Source of the DNA: Lingula anatina
Taxonomy: Eukaryota; Animalia; Brachiopoda
DNA length: 64,000 bases
Assembly: GCA_051362555.1 (NCBI GenBank)
Contig: CM120640.1
Span: forward strand, 67,124,788 to 67,188,787
Direction of reading: 5' to 3'
Shown here: positions 52,124-64,000 of the stretch, in pieces
How positions within the stretch are numbered: the stretch's first letter is position 1
Layout of the letters: each line of letters opens with the position of its first letter
Translations under genes and position numbers: made by a program
Notes under the pieces: generated by a model
Databases searched by the model: none
What the model was told of the DNA's origin: nothing
Seen by the model: only the letters and a program-made list of their open reading frames with translations

Positions 52124-53362
52124 AATTTTATTAAGGCGTTATTAAGAGAGTACAGTCCACAACAAAGCTGAACCTACTGAAATATTTGGCAGGAAACATG
52201 TACTTAAGACAAGATTAATTTCTTATTCTACTATAAATGACAATTAAGGCATTGAACTACTGTCAATCATCAAAGACCTAACATTGAATACATAGATTTC
52301 AAACATATTTTAAATCTTCGTGGTTGTTTTGTTTTAACTTGATATCAAAACAAAAGCTGTTAGTTGTGTTATAACAAAAGGCAACTGTAAAATTCTAAAA
52401 TAGTACAGAAAGTGAAAACAAAAATTTTCACTTTGTCTTTGACTACAACACTGTGTATGCAGCTTCCATGCCGCAATTACTCTATCCGGTAGTTATTTCT
52501 GAGCCTTGAAGACATAAAGCTGTTAACTCTCCTTTAAACTTAACTGAAGAAATCGAATACACAACACAATTATGTTTACCACCAGTTACACATAACTTTT
52601 GTCTTTGCTGAGTCTTTTCCGGGATTAAAATCTTGTTTTTACTCGACCAGAAGCACTTTGAGATATAGTAGTGGAGTAAAATGCATAAGCAGAGCGCAAC
52701 GAAGCTTTTCAATGTCACTTACCTCCTAATTTTCTTCTTGACCGTTCAATTTTGACAACAAAAACTACCCACATCACCTGAGCATCTGGATGGAAAGTTT
52801 CACTGCATTTGTTTAATAGTTTCTAGGTAACATAAATAATATACACATCTATTCAACAGATTGACATATCAGTTGACATGTAGTATCAGTAAATCAATAA
52901 ATTGAGAAGATTTTTCTTTCTTAAAGAAATACTTCATCGTGTAGTTTTGAGGATATTATTACGAAACTGGCACCATGTGTAATATGAACTCTACTTGATT
53001 TGTAAACAAATACACGTGAGGGGCGTGTAGCGTGGAACCGATCTTGCTACACGAACTTTAACATATTCCACTTATTTCTGACTTAAAAGTTTTTCACTGC
53101 AGTGATAAAAATAACCATATTTCAGAGTTTGCATCCATGGTTCTAGGGTTGCTCTTTGTTTTCAGTGACCCTTTGTTCGCTTTCCATTGTCATTTTACAG
53201 TTCGAATTAATGGTTCCGATAGCAGTGGCCCAATTTCCTGATAAGACTGTTCATGGCGGGGGTCAGTGGAAAGTTCACATTGCATTAATAGTAATTCACA
53301 TTTTAAATGAGAATTGATCAGTGAGAGTCATATCAGGTTGCAGGTGTTTCGATTTCAATAAT

Positions 53363-54855
53363 ATGGTGTTTGTATTGAGCTATCTTCAAGCTCCATTGCA
53401 AGCTCTGCTACGGCCGGCACTTTGGCTTGGGTGCTTATTTGGTAGTTTACATAGCCATAAAGAAAGGTGAGGTAATATCATTGGTGTGAAATGTTGTTTA
53501 TTTCTTCAATAATGCAATTTTTGCACTACAAATTTCATGTCATACTAATAATCATACATGCACATGCTTTGTATTATAAAGATGGGACACTCCAGGAACA
53601 CCTGAGGAAAATGTTCGGCAATTAGCAGCAGTGGTCAAGGAAGCAGAGGAACATGATCCACACAGGAACACATTGGACATTCATGTGGTAAATACTATTT
53701 GTACTTTACAATTAGTGAATGGCCAGTTGTCATCCTTTTGACATACGACAGGAAAAAATCATATATCTTTCCTTAGTTATCATGCCATTAGCATTAGACC
53801 ATATAGAAAGAAAGCATTTGTATTAGAAATACTGGTATCTTGCATCATGTTTAGTTTCTTTAGAAAAAATTTACTTTTTTATCATCATTTCTTAAGAGAT
53901 GTTAAAAATACAACATTTCATTGTATTAAAATATTGACTTTAAGACGTATAAAAACATGCTCCCAATTGTCAATTAAAATAGAAAAGGGACTGGTATTAT
54001 TTATTTTTAGGTGGGAGATAGATTTTGCAGTAGTGTCTTCATTTTGACTTAGTTTTGAATTCAAAAATTACACATTACAATGTAATCATGCTACCAATCA
54101 CTGCAGGAAAAACATTTTTATTGGTTTTTCAGGCAGACTCTACTTCAGGCTTTGTAAGAATATTTGCCTTTACAAAAGCAGAGTGGCTGGATGTAGTGGA
54201 GGTGAAATTTAGAGATAATTATGGAGAGGTAATTTAATATTTATTATTTGGAAAGCCAGTTCATGAAATGTTTTTATGTTTACTGAACGACTTTGGGAAA
54301 TCACCCAGATTGCTGAAAGTCCTTAGCAGCAACAGTGGTGGGTGGAGAAAGAAAAAGTTTCCATCAGCCTTCTTACAGAAATGAAAAAGTGAAAAAATGG
54401 AGTAAAATAAGTATAGTCTCATAAAATATACCCATTAAAATCATGAATAGAAATATAAATATGTTATTTTTAATACTTCATATACTTCTTTTACAGGCAT
54501 ATTCTTTTTCAAGTGGTGTGCTCCCAGTTTGGTTTCCATTTTCATTCCTTGTTAACTGTGTAAGTCAATGAGCAGATTAATGGTTTTAAAAAGAAAGCTT
54601 GTACTTTTCCCATGCAGACTTCTCTGAACAAAACACAATATACTACATGTGGATCTAATGAATGCAAGGTTTTCAAAATTTGAATTTTCTTTGAAATTTA
54701 ATACAAACGTCCTTTACTCCATTATATTTATATCTTTCTCAAATCAGGTTCTCTTCTGGGTGCCTTTCTTGGATATGAAACTGAACCAGAAGCGTCTGGA
54801 GTTATTGTACACTCACATGAAGAAACATTCTCAGCTCAACAGTGACAATATTTAA
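53363..54855 (+). CDS. Uncharacterised 158-aa protein (possible remote DUF1499-like)
   Basis: Five exons 53363-53466, 53582-53687, 54133-54228, 54497-54559, 54748-54855 splice in frame with GT-AG boundaries: MVFVLSYLQAPLQALLRPALWLGCLFGSLHSHKERWDTPGTPEENVRQLAAVVKEAEEHDPHRNTLDIHVADSTSGFVRIFAFTKAEWLDVVEVKFRDNYGEAYSFSSGVLPVWFPFSFLVNCVLFWVPFLDMKLNQKRLELLYTHMKKHSQLNSDNI*. Confidence 0.78.
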
Positions 54856-57799
54856 AGAAATGTAATGACACATTGTTTACTCAAGTTGTGCAGAACAGTG
54901 CAGGGCTTTTCGATATTGGTTTGTTAGTCTATATCACCATATTTTTAAAAAACATATCTTTAATATTTTAGCATTTTTAGGGTTTTATTGAGAATTTTAC
55001 TGCTGTAATGTACCATCGTGGAGTCATTTTCACTTTTACAATTTCTGAGCTTTTATAGTCTTTATTGTCTATACATGAATCCACATGCTATATACTTCTT
55101 ATTAATGATGGATTGAACATCATATAGTGTTACAATTCTTTACATTGTGATATAGTAATGATTATCTATCACATCTTTTACAAATATCTCAGTTTTTTCT
55201 TAATTTTTGAGGGCAATATAAATTTGGCGAGTATATTACTATAAAGCTGATACCTAACTAGTGGGTATTGTTGCACAGTTTTCCCTTTTTTTTTGGGGGG
55301 GGGGGGGGGGGAGGGGGGAAGCCACTCTGCAAGTGGAGTGCTGTGGCAGTATATGGACATGGGCTGATGATGGCAGCTCATAAGTATTATGTAATAATAG
55401 GTGATGTCAATTAAACAACATTGAAAGCTTCCCCTTATTATCAGGTGATGGTGAAAGCTTTAAAAGCCAGTGTTTGCAAAATATCTGAAGTAAATGAATT
55501 TGTTTCCTCCATCTCTGAAGGTTTTAAGGTTAAGTACTAATAAACCACACACATGTATAATATGTCCGTTTTAAAAAATAATGGAACAACAAAGATATGT
55601 TTGTGTTGAAGTTTGTCCCATACCACATTTTGTGAGAAAACTGCTTGGACTTGGGTCACTTACATTACATTCTGAATAACTTTGACAATGAAATAAATGT
55701 GAAAAAAATGTTTGACAGCTGAGAAGTGCTCTACATATGTATATTTTATTGAGAAACTAGGTATACAAATTACAAAATTTATCTTTTAGTTCACTTAATT
55801 TGTTGCTAAAAAATATCTCTGCAAGATTTCAATGGTAAATTGTCAGTTTTTGTAATAAAACATGGCATTATGGAAAATGTCACCCTTGATACATAACATG
55901 CGCTGCTTAACAGCTGATATAAATTTTTGGTTTTGAAATTATACAGATGTTGTCATGGATATAGATTTTATATGTATATTTTAATGTAGATTTTATAACC
56001 TGAAATAGTAAAAAATCAAAGTATGAATGTGATAATTATGTAATTCATTAATTGTTTACTACCAGATCCAAAACAACTTCAAGACTAAAAGGGTGGATTG
56101 TATTTATTGAATTGATTGATTTTTGTGATCAATTATTATATATAATAATACTTGATTATAAATACCATGATTGCAAGTTTTTAGGTGCATTTTAAGAAAT
56201 TTACTGCAACTTTGAGAAATGCCACTTAAATGCTTTCTTATGGTAATATGACTATCCAATAATACACCTCTATATACCTTGAAAATATGCCAGCATGTAC
56301 TCAGGTAAATTTACTAGAAATGGCTTAAAATGCAAATACATAGTTAAAGTAAAAGTTTAAACTCAATCAACTAAAAAAATCCTAAATTATAATGTTCAAC
56401 TCAATGATTGTAATTCTAATTACTGCTTTTGAATGGGGAACTGATAGTTAAGTTGTTAAGTTATTCTTAGCTTTGAGCAAATTATGGACTAGACAGTAGA
56501 ATGCACAGTAGAAACAAAGTTTGATAATCCAAAGTCTATCAGCTAGCTATAGTGTTAAGCTGATTATGGACTAGTCCCATTGTTCTGACTTTATAACATG
56601 GTCATGTAAGGGCAAGGTATTTGCATTACAATCATATCATTGTCCATTCAAACATTTATCAAACCAACATCAAATCAGTATCAATGAGACCTCCAGTTCA
56701 TAAGTTCCTTTACACAAAATCATAATTTGATTTTAGCCACAGATCTTGATTTTGTTGATTTTTTTACCTTACCAGGTCAATTAAATGTCAAGTATTTCCT
56801 TTCCATTGTGCTACCATACAGGTCTAGTTACTATCCCTCCCTCATCTTAAGACTACTATATTCATTGGCTGCAAATATTACAGAATGAGAGCAAAATATC
56901 CAGGTTTGGAACCATGTTGCTTGATATGGCATATCATGACTTTGTAAAATGTTTTCAGTACATATGTTTTATATCATAGATACATGTATCCCAAACTCAA
57001 AATAACAAAGACTAAAAAAAGGTTAAAAGAAAGGTGTCATTTAAAATTGATGTCACTTCCTTTACATAAAGAGCAATATATAACATGTATTTACGTATGT
57101 CTGTATATAACTTGTTACATTACAGAAAATAACTATGTTAAAAAGTATATAACAGTCTTGTATATAATACCCATAGATATGTATATATAATATATTAAAA
57201 TATAAAATGAAGGTATACAAATATCCTTTTAGAGATATTGATAACACAACCACTCAGGTTGGTAGAGATACAATCATATCAAAACCAAAAGGTATGGATA
57301 TAAGTGTCCAAAAATCACTGTTCAGAGATAACTGATTAATATCAAATATTTTTTATAATAATTGTTTCACAACCAAAACATTCTTACTAATACAATTTTG
57401 TTTTTTTGCTTTGTTACTTAATTAAAATAAATTTGTAAACATAATTCAGTATCATTTATCAGTTATTTCTCTGTAAACTTAATTGACAAAAATATTTGAG
57501 AATAAATCTACAAAAAGAGTAAAATGCTATATAGCAGTTCAAAACCACATTCACAAGTTTTAAAATGTATGAATATCTATGAATTTGCATACATACTTTT
57601 TTGCATATATCTTACACTTTGGAGGGAACTCTAAATCTTATTCTTATAACTGGCCCTCTAACATTCTATCTCCTGATAACTCAATCCAAAAATAAAATCC
57701 TTTGAAATGTCTAAAATTATTCACTATGCTGGTTTGTAAAATAAACATCAAGTCATATTTGTTATATGACAACTGTTTTGCAGTCTTTTGGATATTATC

Positions 57800-58666
57800 T
57801 CAGGCAAAGAACCCCCAGAGGAAGGTTGCCACAACCATGAGAATGATAGCATTGGCATTACAGATACGTCTGTGCAGTGGGACTTCCACAATGGAGATTT
57901 GCTTGGCATCCATGGCTGCTCTTTGTTCAGGGGTCAGGTCACCTACTCCTCCCTGCATCTTCTCAATGCCACAAATCCAGTTGAATGCAGTCTTGTACCA
58001 TGGCAGTTTCTTCTCAGCAGGTTCTGGAATGAAATGGTTGGGAAATTCAAAGAAGGTTGAGCTAAGTTTCAGTACATTAATAATTAATCCCCCTCCCCCC
58101 TATAGCACAACAGAATTAAAATATATAAACTAAATTGGACAAGTTGTTCAATGAGGTAGATGGAGTGGAGGCATCATGTTTTCATTTCATCTATAAGTTC
58201 TGGCCCTTTGTACCTCTTACCATTGAGCATGTAAAGTATACTGTATTTGGTTTTATCTTAAAGATACAATTCCACAACTATAATAAATCAAGACACAATT
58301 AACAGCTTTGAAAAACAGCTAGCTTTTGCTTTTAAAATAATTGTTGGGGGTACTGTGAGATGGTATGCATGTTGTTAGTGCTACATTAAATCTCTAATTC
58401 ATCAACTACTTTGAGACAATGACATCATGCTGCCACCAGTTACAGCTGGTTCACATTGTTTTAAACCAGTAGCCATCATTACCTGGCTGGACAGTATTTT
58501 CAGTTGTTCCATTGGAATTCATGACAGACAAGTTAATATCACTGTCTTTCATCCCCTGGTTGTCCACGCCTTCTTTCTCAGGTTTAGCATTATCAATCCG
58601 CTCTTGTTCAGAAATGTCCATCCTTGTCTCTGTGCTGAAGCGGGTAAAGAACGTCAAGCGATACAG
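57800..58666 (-). CDS. SLC5 cotransporter alternative (distal, duplicated) C-terminal two-exon module B
   Basis: Exons 58666-58483 (LYRLTFFTRFSTETRMDISEQE...) and 58023-57800 ([17 protein letters not shown]...RRICNANAIILMVVATFLWGFFA*); same phases (0, then 1) as module A. Confidence 0.82.
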
Positions 58667-60534
58667 CTGAAAAAAAAAATTGAAAGAATACACATTAACT
58701 GACAGCTAACGGAAATCCACATATTGGTTGACACTGTTTGAAAAGCCATTTTGGTTTTAAAAAAATGTTATAAGTCGACAATGTACGGAACATATTTGAC
58801 ATCAACAATGACAATTACTCAAATCCCTCCACACAATGTTAGTGTTAGTATACTTTAGAAAAAGTGCAGTATTAAATGAAATAAGTAAACTAACTCACCC
58901 CTCTGCATTTATTGTAAAGAGAGAAACCCTGTTAATGGCAAACTTAAGCAAAAAAAGGAGTTCCCACTAAAATAACAGTCAATTAGTCTTTATTTATCAT
59001 GAACAGTACATATAGCAACAAATATGCCTGCCATCAAATCGAACTTAGTTTCATATTTACAGGCAACTAGACAGCAAAGCTGGCAAATATACACCTAACA
59101 GGAAAAAAATTGCAAAACCATATGCAAAAAAATTATAATAGTCTTTGTAAAAATCTTTTAATGTTGATTTTTGAATGGAAACTGCATTTTTACCAAACAC
59201 AGCTGCTCAATCAAACAAAATTAAGGTTTGGCAGTTACAGGGTGAATAGTACTGGTAGATGTGTTTGACAGAAATGTCGCCAGCAATGGCACAGTGACCT
59301 ATATGTATTAATACGTATGGTATAGACAACTTCAGACTAAAAAGCTTTATAATATTTTCAAATTGTGAGTACCTCATTTTAAGCTTTTATAAGAATATCT
59401 GAGAATTGTCTGCTTTTTTAAAATTATACCAACTTGACTATTAGTTGGCTCCTCAATCACAATGAATTAAAAAATGCTTTAGATTGATACTTAACAGAAG
59501 TTCTGTAAATGTTACCCACATAAACAAATATGTATTCTACAAAACTCACATTAAATAAGCCATAAACCATGACTACATAAGGATGAATCAGAAAAAAATC
59601 AGAATAAAAATCACAATTAAGTAAAACAATAATGTCAATCAAAACAAATAACTTCACGCATTGCGATAAACTTGGTGCTTATGTTATTCCTGTACATAAA
59701 GCATTATTCAAGTTTTACTCTACTTTGGCTTAAAATAATCATTAGCATCAGCCACATTTTAGACAAAATCACAATATGCATCTGAAGAAGATTTCTACAT
59801 TAGAAACCCATTTTCAGATGTGTGCACTAATTAGTTATAGACTTATAGTGTATAGTTATAAAAAGGTGACTATTAGCTTGGAATAGTCATTTTTTTTTTC
59901 AAATTGAGGCATCAGTCAATAAAGAATGAGACATTAAATAAACAAAGAAAAAAATACGCGAGAGGTGTCTAAAATATTTTCAAAGTGAAAATTACAAAGT
60001 ACAGCCATTACATAAGTATAAATACACATATCATTTAAATGATTATCCATAAAATGTGATTAGGTGGAATGTGCATACTTATCAAAAATTGTATAAAAAT
60101 TACAAAATCACAGTATAAACAATTCCATGAAAAAACTAATGCACACATAGAGTCATAAATATTACATTTGTTCATTTTGCTTTAAATGTAAAAATACTAG
60201 TAAGTCAAATCAGCACAGTAGATATATATTTATCACATAGGAAAGGCCATATTACTAATTTTATCAATACTGAAATTGCATATCAATGAACATTCTTTAA
60301 GTATAAAATATCAAAAAATATAATCACAGTAAATTACTGAATAAAATCAATTTGCACAATCAATATAAAAACCAACAAAATGTGACTAATTTTTAACTCT
60401 ACAAGAACATATGGATGGGACAGATATGTAAAAATACCCAATCTTGTGTTCCAAATTTAATAAAATAATTCCTAATTTCAAATGTGGGAATTGTGATAAA
60501 ATATACCCCCATTCCCTGATAAATAACCTTTTGT

Positions 60535-63500
60535 TTAAGCAAAGAAACCCCAAAAGAAAGCAGCAACAGTCATCAAAATAATGGCATTGACATTTAAAAA
60601 GCGCCTCGCAGTTGGGTTCTCGTGAATTGAATTTTTCTTTGCTTCCAAGTTCTCCAGTTCTTCTGCTGTAAGGTCATGCTCATGACCAACCATCTTTTCG
60701 ATACCACATATCCAATTGATGGCAGTGCGATACCAGGGGAGCGATTCTTCTGTAAAATAATAACCAAATAAATGTCCCTGATGATTTTCAAATTGCAAAA
60801 ATAATGAATTTTTTTCATCTTTACATCCAATTTTCATAATTTTTTTTCTTTTGTGGTTACAGACTGATAGAATATCTGACTTCAGTCAACAGAACTCTAA
60901 GCTTCAATGTCCAATATATAGAATACTAGTTAAGTGAATTCATCACACTGACTTATATTCCAATACGTACCTGGTCCAGGAGTTTGTGTGACATCTCCTG
61001 TAGATTGGTCCATTTCTGTTGGAAGTCCATTCTTTTGATGCTTTTCCAGCTCTATTTCATGTTCAATATCCTCGTGTTCTGCCTCAGATATATCCATTCG
61101 CTTTTCTGTGTTATAGCGGCTCCAGAAGGTGAGTCGGTGAAGCTAAAGTTGTTAGTTAAAATAAGGATTGGAATGTTAGAAGGTGGTTAGAAAAGAGTAA
61201 AGCTCAACAAACCAAAAAAGTTTTAATTATTAATATAAATTCACCAAATTCAATAAAACTTAGATGAGCACTATGTGTGCTGCACATAAAACCAAGTGAG
61301 TTACAGTTATTTGTCATGATTAGAAAGTAATAAAGCAGCAATGATGAAGCAACACAGGTGAAAAGGTGTGGCCAGAAGAGGCATTAAAACTGAGAACAGA
61401 TACTGACAGTGAGTGATGAAGCAATTAATTTTTAACTTATTTACAATCACTCATTGTTACAATACCACCACCCAAAGTAAAGTTATTAGATTTACTTCAA
61501 CAAAACATATTATTTATCATATTATTATCATACACAATAAGTGCTTAATATACAACATCCTTATTAGAAAATAAAATTCTAATACAGAAAAAAACAGCAT
61601 TAAGTTGGAGAGTAATTTGAATTCACACTTGACCTGTACCGTAGCTGTATATATCACTCAATCCATATGAATGTGAAGAATAAAAAATATCAACTTTTCA
61701 GATATTGCAGTAACAAAGTTGGAATGGAAATAAAAACTGATTAAAGTCACAAATAACAGCATACTTCTGAAAGAATAATGGAATCAGCACCTGCATTTCT
61801 GTCCCATTTTGTAATTCCAGAAACTTTTGGCAAACTTTTTGTAATTTTTGCAATCAAGAGAGATATGCAGCACAGGGACAGGTGACAGATACAGGTGGTG
61901 GCTTCATATGTAAATAAATCTTGTAGTAATAACTTTTTTCTCATGAAAAATGTTTCCTGTCTTATGATCCTTTCATGTGTATACTTACATACTCATCTGG
62001 GATTGCCTTTGTCAACAGACTAATGACAATTGTGGCAATGGCGCTGATGAAGAACAACAGAATACCAAAGTGGAGATAATGGACCTTGGAAATGATGGGC
62101 GGGATGGGGTTATCTGATGTTTCTCCACATGGGGGAGCAGGCCCATAGCTGTACTCCCAGATAAAGCGGGCAAGGCCAGTAACCAGTCCAATCATCAAAC
62201 CCCAGAAAGCTCCCTATAGAAATCATGCATAAAGTAAAAAATATTAATGTACAGGGAGGGGAAATTCCGTGTCTACATATTGTGTAAGAATGTATAAACA
62301 AAAATTTACTCCAATAAATAAAAAAACTAGACAAAAATCATATCTAAAATCAAACATTTTTCATAAATTAACAACAATTAAATATTTTTTATCTTTACTA
62401 TATATATATCTAAAAGAGCCCTTTGGACTTAATTACCTGCTCATTGATTCTCTTCCATGCTACAGCCAGGACATACACAGCACAAATAGGTGGCGCCAGG
62501 AAGCTGGTGACAGCCTGAATGTAGTGGAACAACTCAGAGACACTCTGCACAATGGGGATCCACACCACACTTATTACCACCAAAATCAGGACAAAAACTC
62601 TGAAATACAATAGGAAAAATAAGCTCATACAAAATTTGATTTTGAACTTTATTTTAAACCCCAGGCCACCCTAATTAAAATATTTCATAAATCAGACAGA
62701 TTTGACATGGTCCATTTAAGTATCAAAAAGCTTAATGTATCCTTTTAAGTTAATAGTGCTGAAGATCTTGTAACTTGCATAGATGAAAATTAGTCAGAGT
62801 AGGTGTTCTTAAAGGGAGGAGTAGCAAATCACTCACATTCAATAACTTGCCAAATACTAAACAAAACTGGTGAATTCTATTTCCAAAACATTACATCAGT
62901 AAAACTCCAAAATTATATTTTTTATAAGTTCTGGAAAGCAAGATTTGACAAGCATAAAATACTGGGGTAGTCAAATAAGCAAATAACTGGGTAATGCCCA
63001 TACCTGCCAACAATCATAAGCTCTATGTCACTGGCACGCTTACGGATTCTCCTCCATATGTCCATGGTGAAGATGGTACTGCCACTGTTAAAGATGGAAG
63101 TCAAGGAAGACATCAGAGCACTCATCATCACAGCCAACATCAAGCCACGTAGACCTGGAGGCAGCAGACGGATCACGAGCAAGGGGAACGCTATGTTGGT
63201 ACAACCATTGCGACTGCCACAAATGGAATAGCAGATATCTGGATCAGCACAGCCAACTTCGTCTGTAACAGAATACAATTTATGCAGAAACTTGAGGCTA
63301 AATGAAAGCAGTTATCCACTTGAAACATCCACAAAATAGTACTAATTAAGAAATCTATGTCTACTTTAACCATATATCTGAGAGTATGTCCGCTGAATAA
63401 TAAAAACACATTGCAACATTTAGCCCATTTTAAGAAGTTTTAGTTAACTAAGTTATGGGCGGAAACTTAGATAACTTAAATTATTCAACATTTTGATGTT

Positions 63501-63785
63501 TTTTAGGAGATATTTAAAATTCATTATATTTCATGAAATATCTTTTCCTATAAACAAATTATTTTAAAAAAATTATCTGATCTTAGAATACCTGAAATAG
63601 TTAACTACATAAAACTAAAGGTGTGAGTTATTATTATTATTATTGTTACCTGGAAACAGGATTCTTGCAATCATCCCAGGGTACACAATCAGCCACATAG
63701 GTAAGATCTTCAGGTATCCAGCCAGGACAGTGCCTCCCTTAGCATGAGACAAATCCTTGGAAGCTAGAGCTCTCTGCACTATAAC
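60535..63785 (-). CDS. SLC5 family sodium/glucose (SGLT-type) cotransporter, 3' portion with proximal module A (5' end outside window)
   Basis: Exons 63785-63650 ([29 protein letters not shown]), 63262-63004 (GCTNIAFP...[34 protein letters not shown]), 62599-62437, 62213-61989 (GAFWGL...VHYLHF), 61142-60971 (LHRLTFWSR), 60749-60535 ([11 protein letters not shown]...FWGFFA*). Confidence 0.93.
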
Positions 63786-64000
63786 CTAAATAAAAGAATA
63801 TATGGGTTGAATGGAAATGTCAAAATTTAGATATAATTTTTAATTATTCCTGAAGCAATTACTTTAAATCAAATTGGTAAAAATGAATTTCATTTTTTCT
63901 TAAATGGTCCACTATTATGCACACAGGGAGAGATGAAACACCATTTAAAACATTTCTATCCATGTTTTTAAATGTATATCCTCTGCACATATATCTATCA

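Noticed and set aside
55295-55318. Poly-G tract
   Set aside because: Simple homopolymer, as at several poly-A/T runs; no supporting context.
57702-58133. 143-aa + strand ORF
   Set aside because: Antisense shadow of the SLC5 module-B last exon.
61341-61406. Possible C/D-box snoRNA (ATGATGA...CTGA)
   Set aside because: Antisense to the host SLC5 transcript, no terminal stem and no recognisable rRNA guide.

Overview
AT-rich, gene-dense, intron-containing animal genomic DNA, probably a lophotrochozoan or mollusc-like invertebrate (inference from gene style and repeats; not prokaryotic). Nine spliced protein-coding genes were reconstructed by hand from GT-AG boundaries with consistent phases. 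In order: 3' part of A1CF (+), ZCCHC17 (-), cathepsin D (+), a Ly6/three-finger quiver-like GPI protein (-), VTA1 (-), an RPUSD4-like pseudouridine synthase (+), RABGEF1/Rabex-5 (-), an uncharacterised 158-aa protein (+), and the 3' part of an SLC5 Na+/glucose cotransporter (-). Highlights: (1) two unrelated genes carry duplicated, intact, mutually exclusive C-terminal coding exons (cathepsin D last exon x2; SLC5 last two exons x2). (2) The RPUSD4-like protein has lost its catalytic Asp (HRLD->HRVA) and has a ~630-aa N-terminal extension with a 3x49-aa repeat. (3) A 1.6-kb foldback element with ~595-bp near-identical arms and a 9-bp TSD lies in VTA1 intron 1. (4) There are many MITE-like inverted repeats, three with 5-bp TSDs. 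(5) There are three head-to-head gene pairs. All family assignments come from recognising motifs by eye; no database search was run.
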